Part shown: positions 7,831 to 15,925 of the stretch, one piece after another
Position numbering within the stretch: the first letter of the stretch is position 1
Layout of the letters: each line of letters starts with the position of its first letter
NCBI GenBank assembly: GCA_964626235.1
Contig: CAZVDY010000067.1
Span: forward strand, 13,539-77,538
From: an uncultured Desulfobulbaceae bacterium
GTDB taxonomy: Bacteria > Desulfobacterota > Desulfobulbia > Desulfobulbales > Desulfobulbaceae
Length of the DNA stretch: 64,000 nt
Reading direction: 5' to 3'
Translations under genes and position numbers: made by a program
The notes under the pieces: generated by a model
What the model saw: the letters and a program-made list of their open reading frames with translations, nothing else
Database searches by the model: none
What the model was told of the DNA's origin: nothing

Positions 7831-9546
7831 ATGAAGTGGAAGCTTGTTTTGCTGTTGCTGCTGACCATGGTTCCCCACCTGGCTGCTGCCGGATGTCTGG
7901 AGGGAGACTGCCGAAACGGATCCGGTACTCTCCGCAGTCCGGATGGCCGTTATTATCAGGGGGAATTCAGGCACGGATTTCTTTGGGGGCGCGGCACCCT
8001 GGTCACTCCGGAAGGAATGCGTTACAGCGGGGAATTCGTCAAGGGCAAGTTTCATGGCAAAGGCACTCTGGTCAGTCCGGATGGTCGCCGGTACGAGGGG
8101 AGCTTTCGCAATGGTGTCATCGATGGCAAAGGCACCCTGACCACTGCCGATGGTCTGCAGTACAACGGAGAGTTCAGCCTGGGACGCTTCAACGGCAAAG
8201 GGTCGCTCTTTTTCCCGGACGGCAGGGAGTATGTTGGTGATTTCCGCAACAACGTCCTCCATGGACAGGGCAGGCTGACCTACCGGGACGGCAGCTATTT
8301 CGAAGGTGAATTCCGGGACGGCCAACCTGCCGGTCAGGGAACGCGGCGATACCTGGACGGCACCATCTACAGTGGCGAGTATCATGGCGACAAGCGGGAA
8401 GGCCAGGGTATCCTCGAGATGCCGGATGGCAGCCGGTACGAGGGGGATTTCCATAATGACCTGTACGACGGCCAGGGAAAACTGACCTACCCGGACGGCA
8501 GGGTCTATGCGGGTACGTTCAAGGCCGGTACCATCACCGGTACCGGTGTCATGACCTGGGCGGATGGACGGGAATACAGCGGAGAATTCGTCAATGGCCA
8601 GCCCGAAGGCCAGGGAGTCATGCGCTACAGCGACGGCAGCCGGTACGAGGGTCAATGGCATAACGGCAAACGGCACGGCACTGGCGTCATGCTGTATGGC
8701 GATGGCAGCCGGTACGAAGGGACCTTTGTCGACGGCAAACCAGAGGGTGAGGGAGTGATGCGCTATCCGGATTCCACGGTATTCAGAGGCCGGTTTCACG
8801 ACGGACAGCCTGTGCAGGAAGCGGCTGTCGGCAAGGAGCAGCGTGCCCAGCAGGCTGATCAGGCGGACAGTCAGCCACCTGTGGTTGAAGAGGTGATACC
8901 TCCCCGGCCCGCTGATACCGAAAACAAACTGACCCAGCGTAACGGCCTTGTCTATGGGGGGACAGGAAAGGACGAGCCATTCACAGGTCAGGGAAAAATC
9001 GTCTATGATGACTCCTCGGTCTACACGGGTGATTTCCGTGATGGCCGCCGCCATGGTCACGGGGTGCTGGAGCTGGCCAACGGCGACAGGTATGAAGGCG
9101 ATTTTGTCGATGGGGTGTTTTCCGGCCAGGGAGACTACACCTTTGCCGACGGCCGGCGATACCAGGGCGAGTTCAGGAATGGTAAACGTCATGGCCAGGG
9201 CCGTTACACCTATCCTGATTCCTCATCTTACCAGGGAACGTTCAGGAACGGTCGTTTCGACGGCCGGGGAATCTACATCTTTCCGGACGGCAGCCGGTAC
9301 GAAGGGGAATTCCGGGATGGTTTCTTCCACGGTCAGGGAACGCTTCAGTATCAGGATGGCAAGAAATATGTCGGTTCGTTCAAGGACGACCTGCCAGACG
9401 GTAAAGGTGTGCTGGAATCACCGGATGGTTCTGTTTTCGAGGGCAGGTTCAGGCGGGGCCGCCGGAACGGCCATGGCCGCCTCACACTGCCGGATGGCAG
9501 GGTGATTGAGGGCGAATTTCGGGACGACCGGCTTGTTGAGGAGTAG
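7831..9546 (+). CDS. secreted MORN-repeat protein (about 21 repeats)
   Basis: Signal-peptide-like MKWKLVLLLLLTMVPHLAAAG. Then 23-aa units of form Y-x-G-E/D-F-x-x-G-x-x-x-G-x-G-x-x-x-x-x-D-G-x-x. The track ORF opens at 7552, but ATG 7831 follows the avtA stop directly. Confidence 0.9.
   Translation: MKWKLVLLLLLTMVPHLAAAGCLEGDCRNGSGTLRSPDGRYYQGEFRHGFLWGRGTLVTPEGMRYSGEFVKGKFHGKGTLVSPDGRRYEGSFRNGVIDGKGTLTTADGLQYNGEFSLGRFNGKGSLFFPDGREYVGDFRNNVLHGQGRLTYRDGSYFEGEFRDGQPAGQGTRRYLDGTIYSGEYHGDKREGQGILEMPDGSRYEGDFHNDLYDGQGKLTYPDGRVYAGTFKAGTITGTGVMTWADGREYSGEFVNGQPEGQGVMRYSDGSRYEGQWHNGKRHGTGVMLYGDGSRYEGTFVDGKPEGEGVMRYPDSTVFRGRFHDGQPVQEAAVGKEQRAQQADQADSQPPVVEEVIPPRPADTENKLTQRNGLVYGGTGKDEPFTGQGKIVYDDSSVYTGDFRDGRRHGHGVLELANGDRYEGDFVDGVFSGQGDYTFADGRRYQGEFRNGKRHGQGRYTYPDSSSYQGTFRNGRFDGRGIYIFPDGSRYEGEFRDGFFHGQGTLQYQDGKKYVGSFKDDLPDGKGVLESPDGSVFEGRFRRGRRNGHGRLTLPDGRVIEGEFRDDRLVEE
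7954..8811 (+). repeat. tandem 69-nt (23-aa) MORN coding repeats, block 1 (about 12.5 units)
   Basis: Strict 23-residue periodicity from YQGEFRHGFLWGRGTLVTPEGMR through FRGRFHDGQP. Confidence 0.85.
8953..9543 (+). repeat. tandem 69-nt MORN coding repeats, block 2 (about 8.5 units)
   Basis: Resumes after a 47-aa Q/P/E-rich linker: YGGTGKDEPFTGQGKIVYDDSSV ... IEGEFRDDRLVEE. Confidence 0.85.
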
Positions 9547-9551
9547 TAGTC

Positions 9552-9917
9552 ATGGATATACGCTGGCAATACAGGACAATACTCTTCGAATTTCAAAAGG
9601 ACGGACTGCTCGGAGACAAGTATATCGACGACGAGGAGGTGGAAAAGACACTCAATGAACAGGGAAGTCGCGGCTGGGAACTGATCAGCGTGACCATGAT
9701 CCAGGAGGGGTTGCTGGCATTCTGCAAACGGCCCGTTACGGGACAGGAGCAAGGCGTCCTCTCCGATGAAGGAGAACAGGAAGTGGCATCCGGCCTCAGC
9801 GTGCGCCAGATCCAGGAGGAAGAAAAACAATATATCCGGGATCTGGCCAGGAAAGGCGAAGGTGGAGAGCCTGGCAAAGAATCGGACCAGGTGGGAGGAA
9901 TCAGGATTTCCCGGTAG
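9552..9917 (+). CDS. DUF4177-like small protein
   Basis: MDIRWQYRTILFEF...QGSRGWELISV pattern typical of DUF4177, with a charged C-terminal tail. Confidence 0.55.
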   Translation: MDIRWQYRTILFEFQKDGLLGDKYIDDEEVEKTLNEQGSRGWELISVTMIQEGLLAFCKRPVTGQEQGVLSDEGEQEVASGLSVRQIQEEEKQYIRDLARKGEGGEPGKESDQVGGIRISR

Positions 9918-9921
9918 CAGC

Positions 9922-11091
9922 ATGGACCAGCCCAGCAAAGAACTGATCGATTCCATGCTGCGGATCAGGAGGGAGCTGCATCGCCATCCAGAGCTGGCCT
10001 ATGCAGAGGTCCGGACCGCGGCCCTGATCAGGCGGGAGCTCGATCGGCTCGGTATCCGTCATGTGGACGGCCTGGCAGGCGGCACCGGCATCCGGGCCGA
10101 ACTCGGAAGCGAGGAACGACTCCGGCCATGTGTCGCCCTGCGCACCGATATGGACGCCCTGCCCATCCACGAGGAAACCGGCCTGCCCTTTGCCTCCAGG
10201 GAGGCCGGCCGCATGCACGGCTGCGGCCACGACGGCCATGTGGCCATGATGCTGGGTGCGGCCATGCTCCTGAAACAGATGGATCTTCCAGGCCGGGTCG
10301 TCCTCCTCTTCCAACCGGCCGAGGAATCGGGTAACGGTGCCGCCCGGATGATCGCCGATCAGGCCCTGGAGGGTGTCTCCATGATCTTTGCCGGCCATAT
10401 AGATACCCACTATCCGGTTGGGTGTTTCACTGTGGACAGCGGCCTGATCTGTTCTTACACCGACCCATTCACCATCCTGATCCGTGGCAGGGGAGGGCAC
10501 GCAGCCAGGCCGCACGAGGCCGTTGATTCCATCGTTGTGGCCAGCAACCTGGTTATGAACATGCAGACACTCGTCTCCAGGCAGATCGATCCGTCCCATG
10601 CCGCAGTGGTCACGGTCGGCAGGTTGCATGCCGGCACGGTCCACAACGTCATTGCCGAACAGGCCGTACTCGACGGCACTGTCCGCAGTACCCATCCGGA
10701 CACCAGAAAGCGTATCCTCAACGGGTTGCAGCGGGTCATCCAGGGGGCCAGCGACATGTGCAATGCCCAGATCACCCTCACTTTTGCAGACGGTCTGCCG
10801 GCAGTGATCAATGACGAGGAGGCAAGCGTCATCGCCAGGGAGGCCGCCGTTCAGGTGGTCGGTGCAGAGGGAGTTGTCTCCCAGGGCGCACCCAGCCTTG
10901 GCGGTGAGGACTTTGCCTTTTACCTGCAGGAGATTCCCGGAGCCCTGGTCAGGTTTGGAGCGGCCAGGCCACCCGGCCAGGCAGGCCCGGCCCATTCGAG
11001 CCGTTTCGATTTCGATGAGGATGTCCTGCCACTTGGAGCCCGATGGCTGGCAACCGTGGCCAGGCAGGCACTGGATGTCATGAATCGCTGA
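9922..11091 (+). CDS. M20D-family amidohydrolase (N-acyl-amino-acid amidohydrolase/hippurate hydrolase type)
   Basis: IRRELHRHPELAYAE, MHGCGHDGH and LLFQPAEE match metal-ligand blocks of M20D peptidases. ATG 9922 lies 4 nt after the previous stop; the track ORF opens earlier at 9766. Confidence 0.85.
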   Translation: MDQPSKELIDSMLRIRRELHRHPELAYAEVRTAALIRRELDRLGIRHVDGLAGGTGIRAELGSEERLRPCVALRTDMDALPIHEETGLPFASREAGRMHGCGHDGHVAMMLGAAMLLKQMDLPGRVVLLFQPAEESGNGAARMIADQALEGVSMIFAGHIDTHYPVGCFTVDSGLICSYTDPFTILIRGRGGHAARPHEAVDSIVVASNLVMNMQTLVSRQIDPSHAAVVTVGRLHAGTVHNVIAEQAVLDGTVRSTHPDTRKRILNGLQRVIQGASDMCNAQITLTFADGLPAVINDEEASVIAREAAVQVVGAEGVVSQGAPSLGGEDFAFYLQEIPGALVRFGAARPPGQAGPAHSSRFDFDEDVLPLGARWLATVARQALDVMNR

Positions 11092-11103
11092 TCCTGTTTC
11101 TGT

Positions 11104-12219
11104 ATGAAACGCATAGATTTTGCATCAAGCCGACCATTTACCCTGGGAGTGGAACTGGAGTTTCAGCTCCTGGACAGCCGCAGCCTGGATCTTGTCCCGG
11201 CCGCTCCAGCCATTCTCCGCCGGGGCGGCTGGCTGGAGAGCAAGCGGGTGGCTCCGGAATTTCTCCGCTCCATCATCGAGATCCAGACCGGTATCTGCGG
11301 CTCCGTGGACGAGGTCGCGGAAGACCTGGCAGAGACCATCCAGATGGTGGAGCAGGTCGCCAGGGAGGACGAGGTGGTGCTTTACTCCGCCAGCCTCCAT
11401 CCCTTTGCCATTCCCGAGAAACAGCAGCTGAGCAATGGTGAACGCTACCAGCGGATCATGAATGAGCTGCAATATGTGGGCAGACAGTTCATCTCCCAGG
11501 GGCTGCACGTTCATGTGGGCGTGTCCGACCCGGAGACCGCCATCCGGCTCTGCAACGTTCTCCAGGTCTACCTGCCGCTGCTTCTGGCCCTGAGCGGATC
11601 CTCGCCCTATTTTCGCGGGCAGGATACCGGCTTTTCCTCGTATCGGACAAAACTGTTTGAGGCCTTGCCATTGGCAGGCATTGCCGGGTATATAGGCAGC
11701 TGGAAAGAATACGAGGAGGAGATCGGCATGCTCCGGGAGCGGGGCATCATTCTCCAGATCCGGGATCTCTGGTGGGATGTCCGTCCCAGCCCGGGATTCG
11801 GGACCGTTGAGGTACGGACTTGCGACATTCCCTGCCGGTTTCAGGAGGTACTAGGCCTGACGGCAATCATTCAGGCCCTGGCAGCTGCCGTGTCCGAAGG
11901 ATTGGTCCGGTCGCGACGGGTCAGCCTGCAGCTGCTTCGGTACAACAAGTGGCAGGCAGCCAGGCATGGTCTGGAAGGCCGGTTCTGCGATCCGCTCACC
12001 CTGCTCCAGGGTGGAGTCGACAGCCTGGCCGATGCCGTCCATCGGCTGCTCGAGGTCCTGGCTCCGTATTTTCGGCGATTCGCATCGACGGACCACCTCG
12101 ATGCCATCGACACGATCCTCGCAGAGGGCACCGGTGCGGCCAGACAGAGACGGTTGATGGCTGCCGGCGGTTCTTTCCGGGACATGATAACCACGCTCCA
12201 GGAGAATTACTGGTCATGA
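11104..12219 (+). CDS. ybdK: carboxylate-amine ligase, glutamate-cysteine ligase family 2
   Basis: SRPFTLGVELEFQLLD N-terminal signature, GLHVHVG and WWDVRP blocks typical of YbdK/GCS2. Confidence 0.85.
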   Translation: MKRIDFASSRPFTLGVELEFQLLDSRSLDLVPAAPAILRRGGWLESKRVAPEFLRSIIEIQTGICGSVDEVAEDLAETIQMVEQVAREDEVVLYSASLHPFAIPEKQQLSNGERYQRIMNELQYVGRQFISQGLHVHVGVSDPETAIRLCNVLQVYLPLLLALSGSSPYFRGQDTGFSSYRTKLFEALPLAGIAGYIGSWKEYEEEIGMLRERGIILQIRDLWWDVRPSPGFGTVEVRTCDIPCRFQEVLGLTAIIQALAAAVSEGLVRSRRVSLQLLRYNKWQAARHGLEGRFCDPLTLLQGGVDSLADAVHRLLEVLAPYFRRFASTDHLDAIDTILAEGTGAARQRRLMAAGGSFRDMITTLQENYWS

Positions 12220-13748
12220 GCAGAAATGGATGTGCAGTGGTTGCCACTGGTCATGAACTGGTCAGCCAGGCTGCTGCCCAGATACTGGAGGCCGGCGGCA
12301 ATGCCTTTGATGCGGCTGTGGCTGCCGGCTTTGCCGGTGCCGTGGCCGAACAGACATTGACCAGTCTGGGAGGAGGCGGTTTCCTCCTAGCCCGGACCGC
12401 CGGCATGGAGGGCCCCTGCGAGGAGATTTTTTTCGATTTTTTTGTCAATACGCCTGGCCTTGGCCGCAACCTTGTCGAAGAACCGCATTTTTTCCCGGTC
12501 ACTGTCAATTTCGGCGGATCAGTGCAGGAATTCAATATCGGACTGGGCTCGGTCGCCGTGCCCGGCACCTTGAAAGGCCTGCTCCATGTGCAGGAACGGC
12601 TCGGCAGGATGCCCCTTCGGGACGTCGTTGAACCGGCCATCCGGCTGGCCCGTGGACACCGGCTCAACGACTTTCAGGCCGGCTTCCTCCGGCTTCTTCA
12701 TCCCATCATGACCATGAGCGCCACCGGCAGGGCACTGTACGAGCCAGGCGGCAGGTACCGGAAGCCCGGAGACATCCTGAAGAATCCGGCCATGGCAGAT
12801 TTCCTTGAAGTACTGCCGGAAGACCGGGGCAGGGAATTCTACGAAGGAGAGATCGCCAGGGAAATGGTCCGGGATATGGAGGCCGAACAGGGGCTGTTGA
12901 CCATGGAGGACCTGAAACAGTACCAGGTCAGGGAACGGAAACCGCTCAGGATCAGGTACCGGGATTACACCCTGCTCACCGGTCCTCCCCCTTCCCTGGG
13001 GGGAACCCTGATCGGCCTTTCCCTGGCCATCCTGGAAAAACTGGACGTTCCGGAGCAGTGGGGAAGCGGTCCACACCTCTTGCAGACATTCGCCCTGATG
13101 CAGGAGGTTGAACGGCTCCGGGATCTGGGGATCGCTTCACCCGAGGCACTGCAACAATTCAGGGAATCGGGAGAAGTGACCGGATCGGCGGAGACTATCC
13201 GGTCGTTCAGCAGGGGCACGACCCATATCTCCGTAGCCGACGGCCAGGGCAATATCGCTTCCATGACCTGCTCCAACGGGGAGGGATCCGGCTACTTTGC
13301 CCCCCATACAGGCATCATGCTCAACAACATGATGGGCGAAGATGATCTTCATCCAGAGGGATTTCATGCCTCACCCCCGGGAATCCGGGTCAGCTCCATG
13401 ATGGCGCCTTCTGCCCTGCTCAGGGAGAACCGGGTCGAACTGGTTCTGGGCAGCGGTGGTTCCAAACGGATTCGTACAGCCATGACCCAGGTGCTGTCAC
13501 AGTATATCGATTTCCGGCGGGATATCCATAGCGCTGTCCATGCGCCGAGGCTGCACTGGGATGGAAGCAGGATCCAGGTGGAGCCGGGCTTTTCGCCCGA
13601 GGCCGTGGATCTGCTTCGCAGCCGTGCAGAGGTGAATGTCTGGGATGAACTGAATGTCTATTTCGGAGGAGTACATACCGTGGTTCCTGGCCGCGAAGGG
13701 GTGGGAGATCCCCGGCGTGGCGGGGCCGTGGCAGTGGTCGAGCTATGA
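12216..13748 (+). CDS. ggt: gamma-glutamyltranspeptidase
   Basis: ATGA overlap with the ybdK stop. EAGGNAFDAAVAAG near the N-terminus and the autoprocessing nucleophile context SRGTTHISVADGQGN. The 5' extension of the track ORF (from 11820) overlaps ybdK and is R/P-rich. Confidence 0.85.
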   Translation: MSRNGCAVVATGHELVSQAAAQILEAGGNAFDAAVAAGFAGAVAEQTLTSLGGGGFLLARTAGMEGPCEEIFFDFFVNTPGLGRNLVEEPHFFPVTVNFGGSVQEFNIGLGSVAVPGTLKGLLHVQERLGRMPLRDVVEPAIRLARGHRLNDFQAGFLRLLHPIMTMSATGRALYEPGGRYRKPGDILKNPAMADFLEVLPEDRGREFYEGEIAREMVRDMEAEQGLLTMEDLKQYQVRERKPLRIRYRDYTLLTGPPPSLGGTLIGLSLAILEKLDVPEQWGSGPHLLQTFALMQEVERLRDLGIASPEALQQFRESGEVTGSAETIRSFSRGTTHISVADGQGNIASMTCSNGEGSGYFAPHTGIMLNNMMGEDDLHPEGFHASPPGIRVSSMMAPSALLRENRVELVLGSGGSKRIRTAMTQVLSQYIDFRRDIHSAVHAPRLHWDGSRIQVEPGFSPEAVDLLRSRAEVNVWDELNVYFGGVHTVVPGREGVGDPRRGGAVAVVEL

Positions 13749-14797
13749 GCCTCTATATCATCAAACGGATCCTGCTCATGATTCCGACCCTTTTCGGAGT
13801 CATGCTGATCACCTTCGTGGTCACCCAGTTCGTTCCCGGCGGCCCTGTTGAGCGGATGCTCGCCCAACTCGAAGGCCAGGGGGCCGGGGGAGAGACCGCA
13901 GCGGTCACCGGGACCGGGCTGTACCAGGGGAACAGAGGGCTGGACCAGGATCGGGTGGAACAACTGAAAAAACTGTACGGGTTTGACAAACCACCACTGC
14001 AGCGTTTCCTCTCCATGATGGCCAGCTACCTGGTTTTTGATTTCGGGGAATCCTACTACCACCACATGAGCGTAGTCGAGCTGGTCGTCTCCAAACTCCC
14101 TGTGTCCATGTCTTTGGGATTGTGGACATTCCTCATAGTCTACTCGGTCTGCATTCCCCTGGGAATCGCCAAGGCGGTCCGAGATGGCTCCCGGTTCGAC
14201 ATGGTGACCAGCACCATTATTCTCATTGGCTATGCCATTCCCGGCTTTGTCCTGGGTATTGTGCTCATTGTCCTTTTTGGCGGCGGCTCGTTCTGGAACA
14301 TTTTTCCACTCAGGGGCCTGGTTTCGGACAACTGGGCCGAACTGGGACTCATCGACAAGATCCTGGACTATCTCTGGCACATGGTTCTGCCCATCATTTC
14401 CTCCACGGTCGGCAGCCTGGCGGTCATGACGCTGCTGACCAAGAATTCCTTTCTCGAGGAGATCCGCAAACAGTACGTGATGACGGCCAGGGCCAAGGGG
14501 TTGCCAGAAAAGCAGGTACTGTACAAGCACGTTTTCCGTAATGCCATCATCCCCATCATTACCGGTTTTCCAGGGTCCTTCATAGCCGCCTTTTTCACCG
14601 GCAGCCTGCTCATCGAGACCATATTTTCCCTGGACGGTATGGGACTGCTGGCCTACGAGTCGGTCCTGAACCGTGATTATCCGGTCGTCCTGGGAACGCT
14701 CTACTTTTTCACCATCATCGGCCTGGTTTCGCGCCTGCTCTCGGATCTGAGTTATGTGCTCGTCGATCCCCGGATCAGTTTCGAAGGCCTGCAATAG
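13745..14797 (+). CDS. yejB: ABC transporter permease, YejB-like (peptide/microcin C type)
   Basis: N-terminus YIIKRILLMIPTLFGVMLITFVVTQFVPGGPVE is colinear with E. coli YejB as recalled. ATGA overlap with the ggt stop. Confidence 0.85.
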   Translation: MSLYIIKRILLMIPTLFGVMLITFVVTQFVPGGPVERMLAQLEGQGAGGETAAVTGTGLYQGNRGLDQDRVEQLKKLYGFDKPPLQRFLSMMASYLVFDFGESYYHHMSVVELVVSKLPVSMSLGLWTFLIVYSVCIPLGIAKAVRDGSRFDMVTSTIILIGYAIPGFVLGIVLIVLFGGGSFWNIFPLRGLVSDNWAELGLIDKILDYLWHMVLPIISSTVGSLAVMTLLTKNSFLEEIRKQYVMTARAKGLPEKQVLYKHVFRNAIIPIITGFPGSFIAAFFTGSLLIETIFSLDGMGLLAYESVLNRDYPVVLGTLYFFTIIGLVSRLLSDLSYVLVDPRISFEGLQ

Positions 14798-14803
14798 AGA
14801 ACC

Positions 14804-15838
14804 ATGAAGACCGGAGCTATTCGCAACAGCCTTGCCAGGCGCCGCTGGCGCAGTTTCCGCAAAAACCGGCGCGGTTACTACAGCCTGATCCTGTTCTCCA
14901 TACTCTTCGTCATCAGCCTGTTTGCCGAGGTGGTCAGCAACGACAAGCCCATCCTGGTCCTGTACGAAGGATCATATTATTTCCCGCTCTTCAGGACGTA
15001 TCCGGAAACAGTGTTTGGAGGGGACTTCGACACAGAGACCGATTACCGGGATCCATACATCCTCCGGCGGCTGAGCACGAACGGCAACCGGGTCTATTTT
15101 CCGCCCAATCCCCATTCCTACAACTCAATCAACCTGGAACTGGATGTACCGGTCCCCTCGCCGCCGACCCGAATCAACCTCCTGGGAACAGACGACCGGG
15201 GCCGGGATGTCCTGGCCCGTATTATTTACGGCTTCAGGCTCTCTGTGCTCTTCGGATTCGCGCTGACCGGGATCGGCACCCTGCTCGGCATCGTAGCCGG
15301 TGCGGTCCAGGGATACTTTGGCGGCCGGACAGACCTGTTCTTTCAGCGGTTCATCGAGATATGGAGCGCCATGCCCGAACTCTATCTGCTGATTATCTTT
15401 GCCTCGATCTTCAAGCCGAGTATCCTGCTCCTGCTCATTCTCCTGTCCATGTTCGGTTGGATGGGCCTGTCAGACTACGTGCGGGCCGAGTTTCTCAAGG
15501 GCAGGAACATGGAATATGTCAAGGCGGCCAAGGCCCTCGGGGTAAACAACTTTACCATCATGTACAGGCACCTGCTGCCCAACGGCATGACACCAGTGAT
15601 CACCTTTCTGCCCTTCCGCATGTCCGGGGCCATCCTGGCCCTCACCAGCCTGGACTTTCTTGGTCTTGGGGTGCCGCCTTCCACACCAAGTCTTGGCGAA
15701 CTGCTCGCCCAGGGTAAGGCAAATATCGACGCCTGGTGGCTCTCGTTGTCCACCTTTCTCGTCCTGGTGGGAACGCTTGTACTGTTGATCTTTATCGGCG
15801 AGGCATTGCGGGAGGCGTTCGATCCACGTAAACAGTGA
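14804..15838 (+). CDS. yejE: ABC transporter permease, YejE-like
   Basis: RWRSFRKNRRGYYSL, NDKPILV, LLGTDDRGRDVLARIIYG, FIEIWSAMP and DYVRAEFLKGRN are colinear with E. coli YejE as recalled. Confidence 0.85.
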   Translation: MKTGAIRNSLARRRWRSFRKNRRGYYSLILFSILFVISLFAEVVSNDKPILVLYEGSYYFPLFRTYPETVFGGDFDTETDYRDPYILRRLSTNGNRVYFPPNPHSYNSINLELDVPVPSPPTRINLLGTDDRGRDVLARIIYGFRLSVLFGFALTGIGTLLGIVAGAVQGYFGGRTDLFFQRFIEIWSAMPELYLLIIFASIFKPSILLLLILLSMFGWMGLSDYVRAEFLKGRNMEYVKAAKALGVNNFTIMYRHLLPNGMTPVITFLPFRMSGAILALTSLDFLGLGVPPSTPSLGELLAQGKANIDAWWLSLSTFLVLVGTLVLLIFIGEALREAFDPRKQ

Positions 15839-15858
15839 GAAGAAACGAACCGTTCACC

Positions 15859-15925
15859 GGACAGGAATTTTGTTCCGTCCACCCGATGATCATCTCCATT
15901 TTTTCCCGCAAGGGGCAGGGAAAAA
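15859..15925. other. two hairpins in the convergent intergenic gap (possible non-canonical terminators)
   Basis: GGACAGGAA/TTCCGTCC (15859-15880). TTTTTCCC/GGGAAAAA (15900-15925) abuts the stop of the acidic ORF. Neither has a clean 3' U-tract. Confidence 0.3.

Noticed and set aside
7786-9192. Long antisense or out-of-frame ORFs across the window. Examples: 7786-9192, 9901-10995, 13658-14794, 20873-21829, 25545-26426, 31403-32773, 35323-36588, 37671-38855, 46573-47622. Also 49089-50084, 50146-51213, 53697-54776, 55536-56978, 59045-60292, 60362-61564 and 61975-63513.
   Set aside because: Each lies opposite to, or out of frame with, a gene that has clear family motifs. Their translations are R/G/P/H-rich low-complexity sequence typical of shadow ORFs in G+C-rich DNA.
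7954-9543. Regular 69-nt periodicity that could superficially suggest a repeat array or CRISPR.
   Set aside because: It is coding periodicity of MORN repeats within one ORF. Units are diverged at the DNA level and there is no repeat-spacer architecture. No CRISPR array was seen anywhere in the window.
15900-15925. Perfect TTTTTCCC/GGGAAAAA hairpin abutting the stop of the acidic gene, considered as a canonical intrinsic terminator.
   Set aside because: Neither strand has a U-tract after the stem, since the A/T runs are part of the stem itself. Kept only as a low-confidence structural feature.
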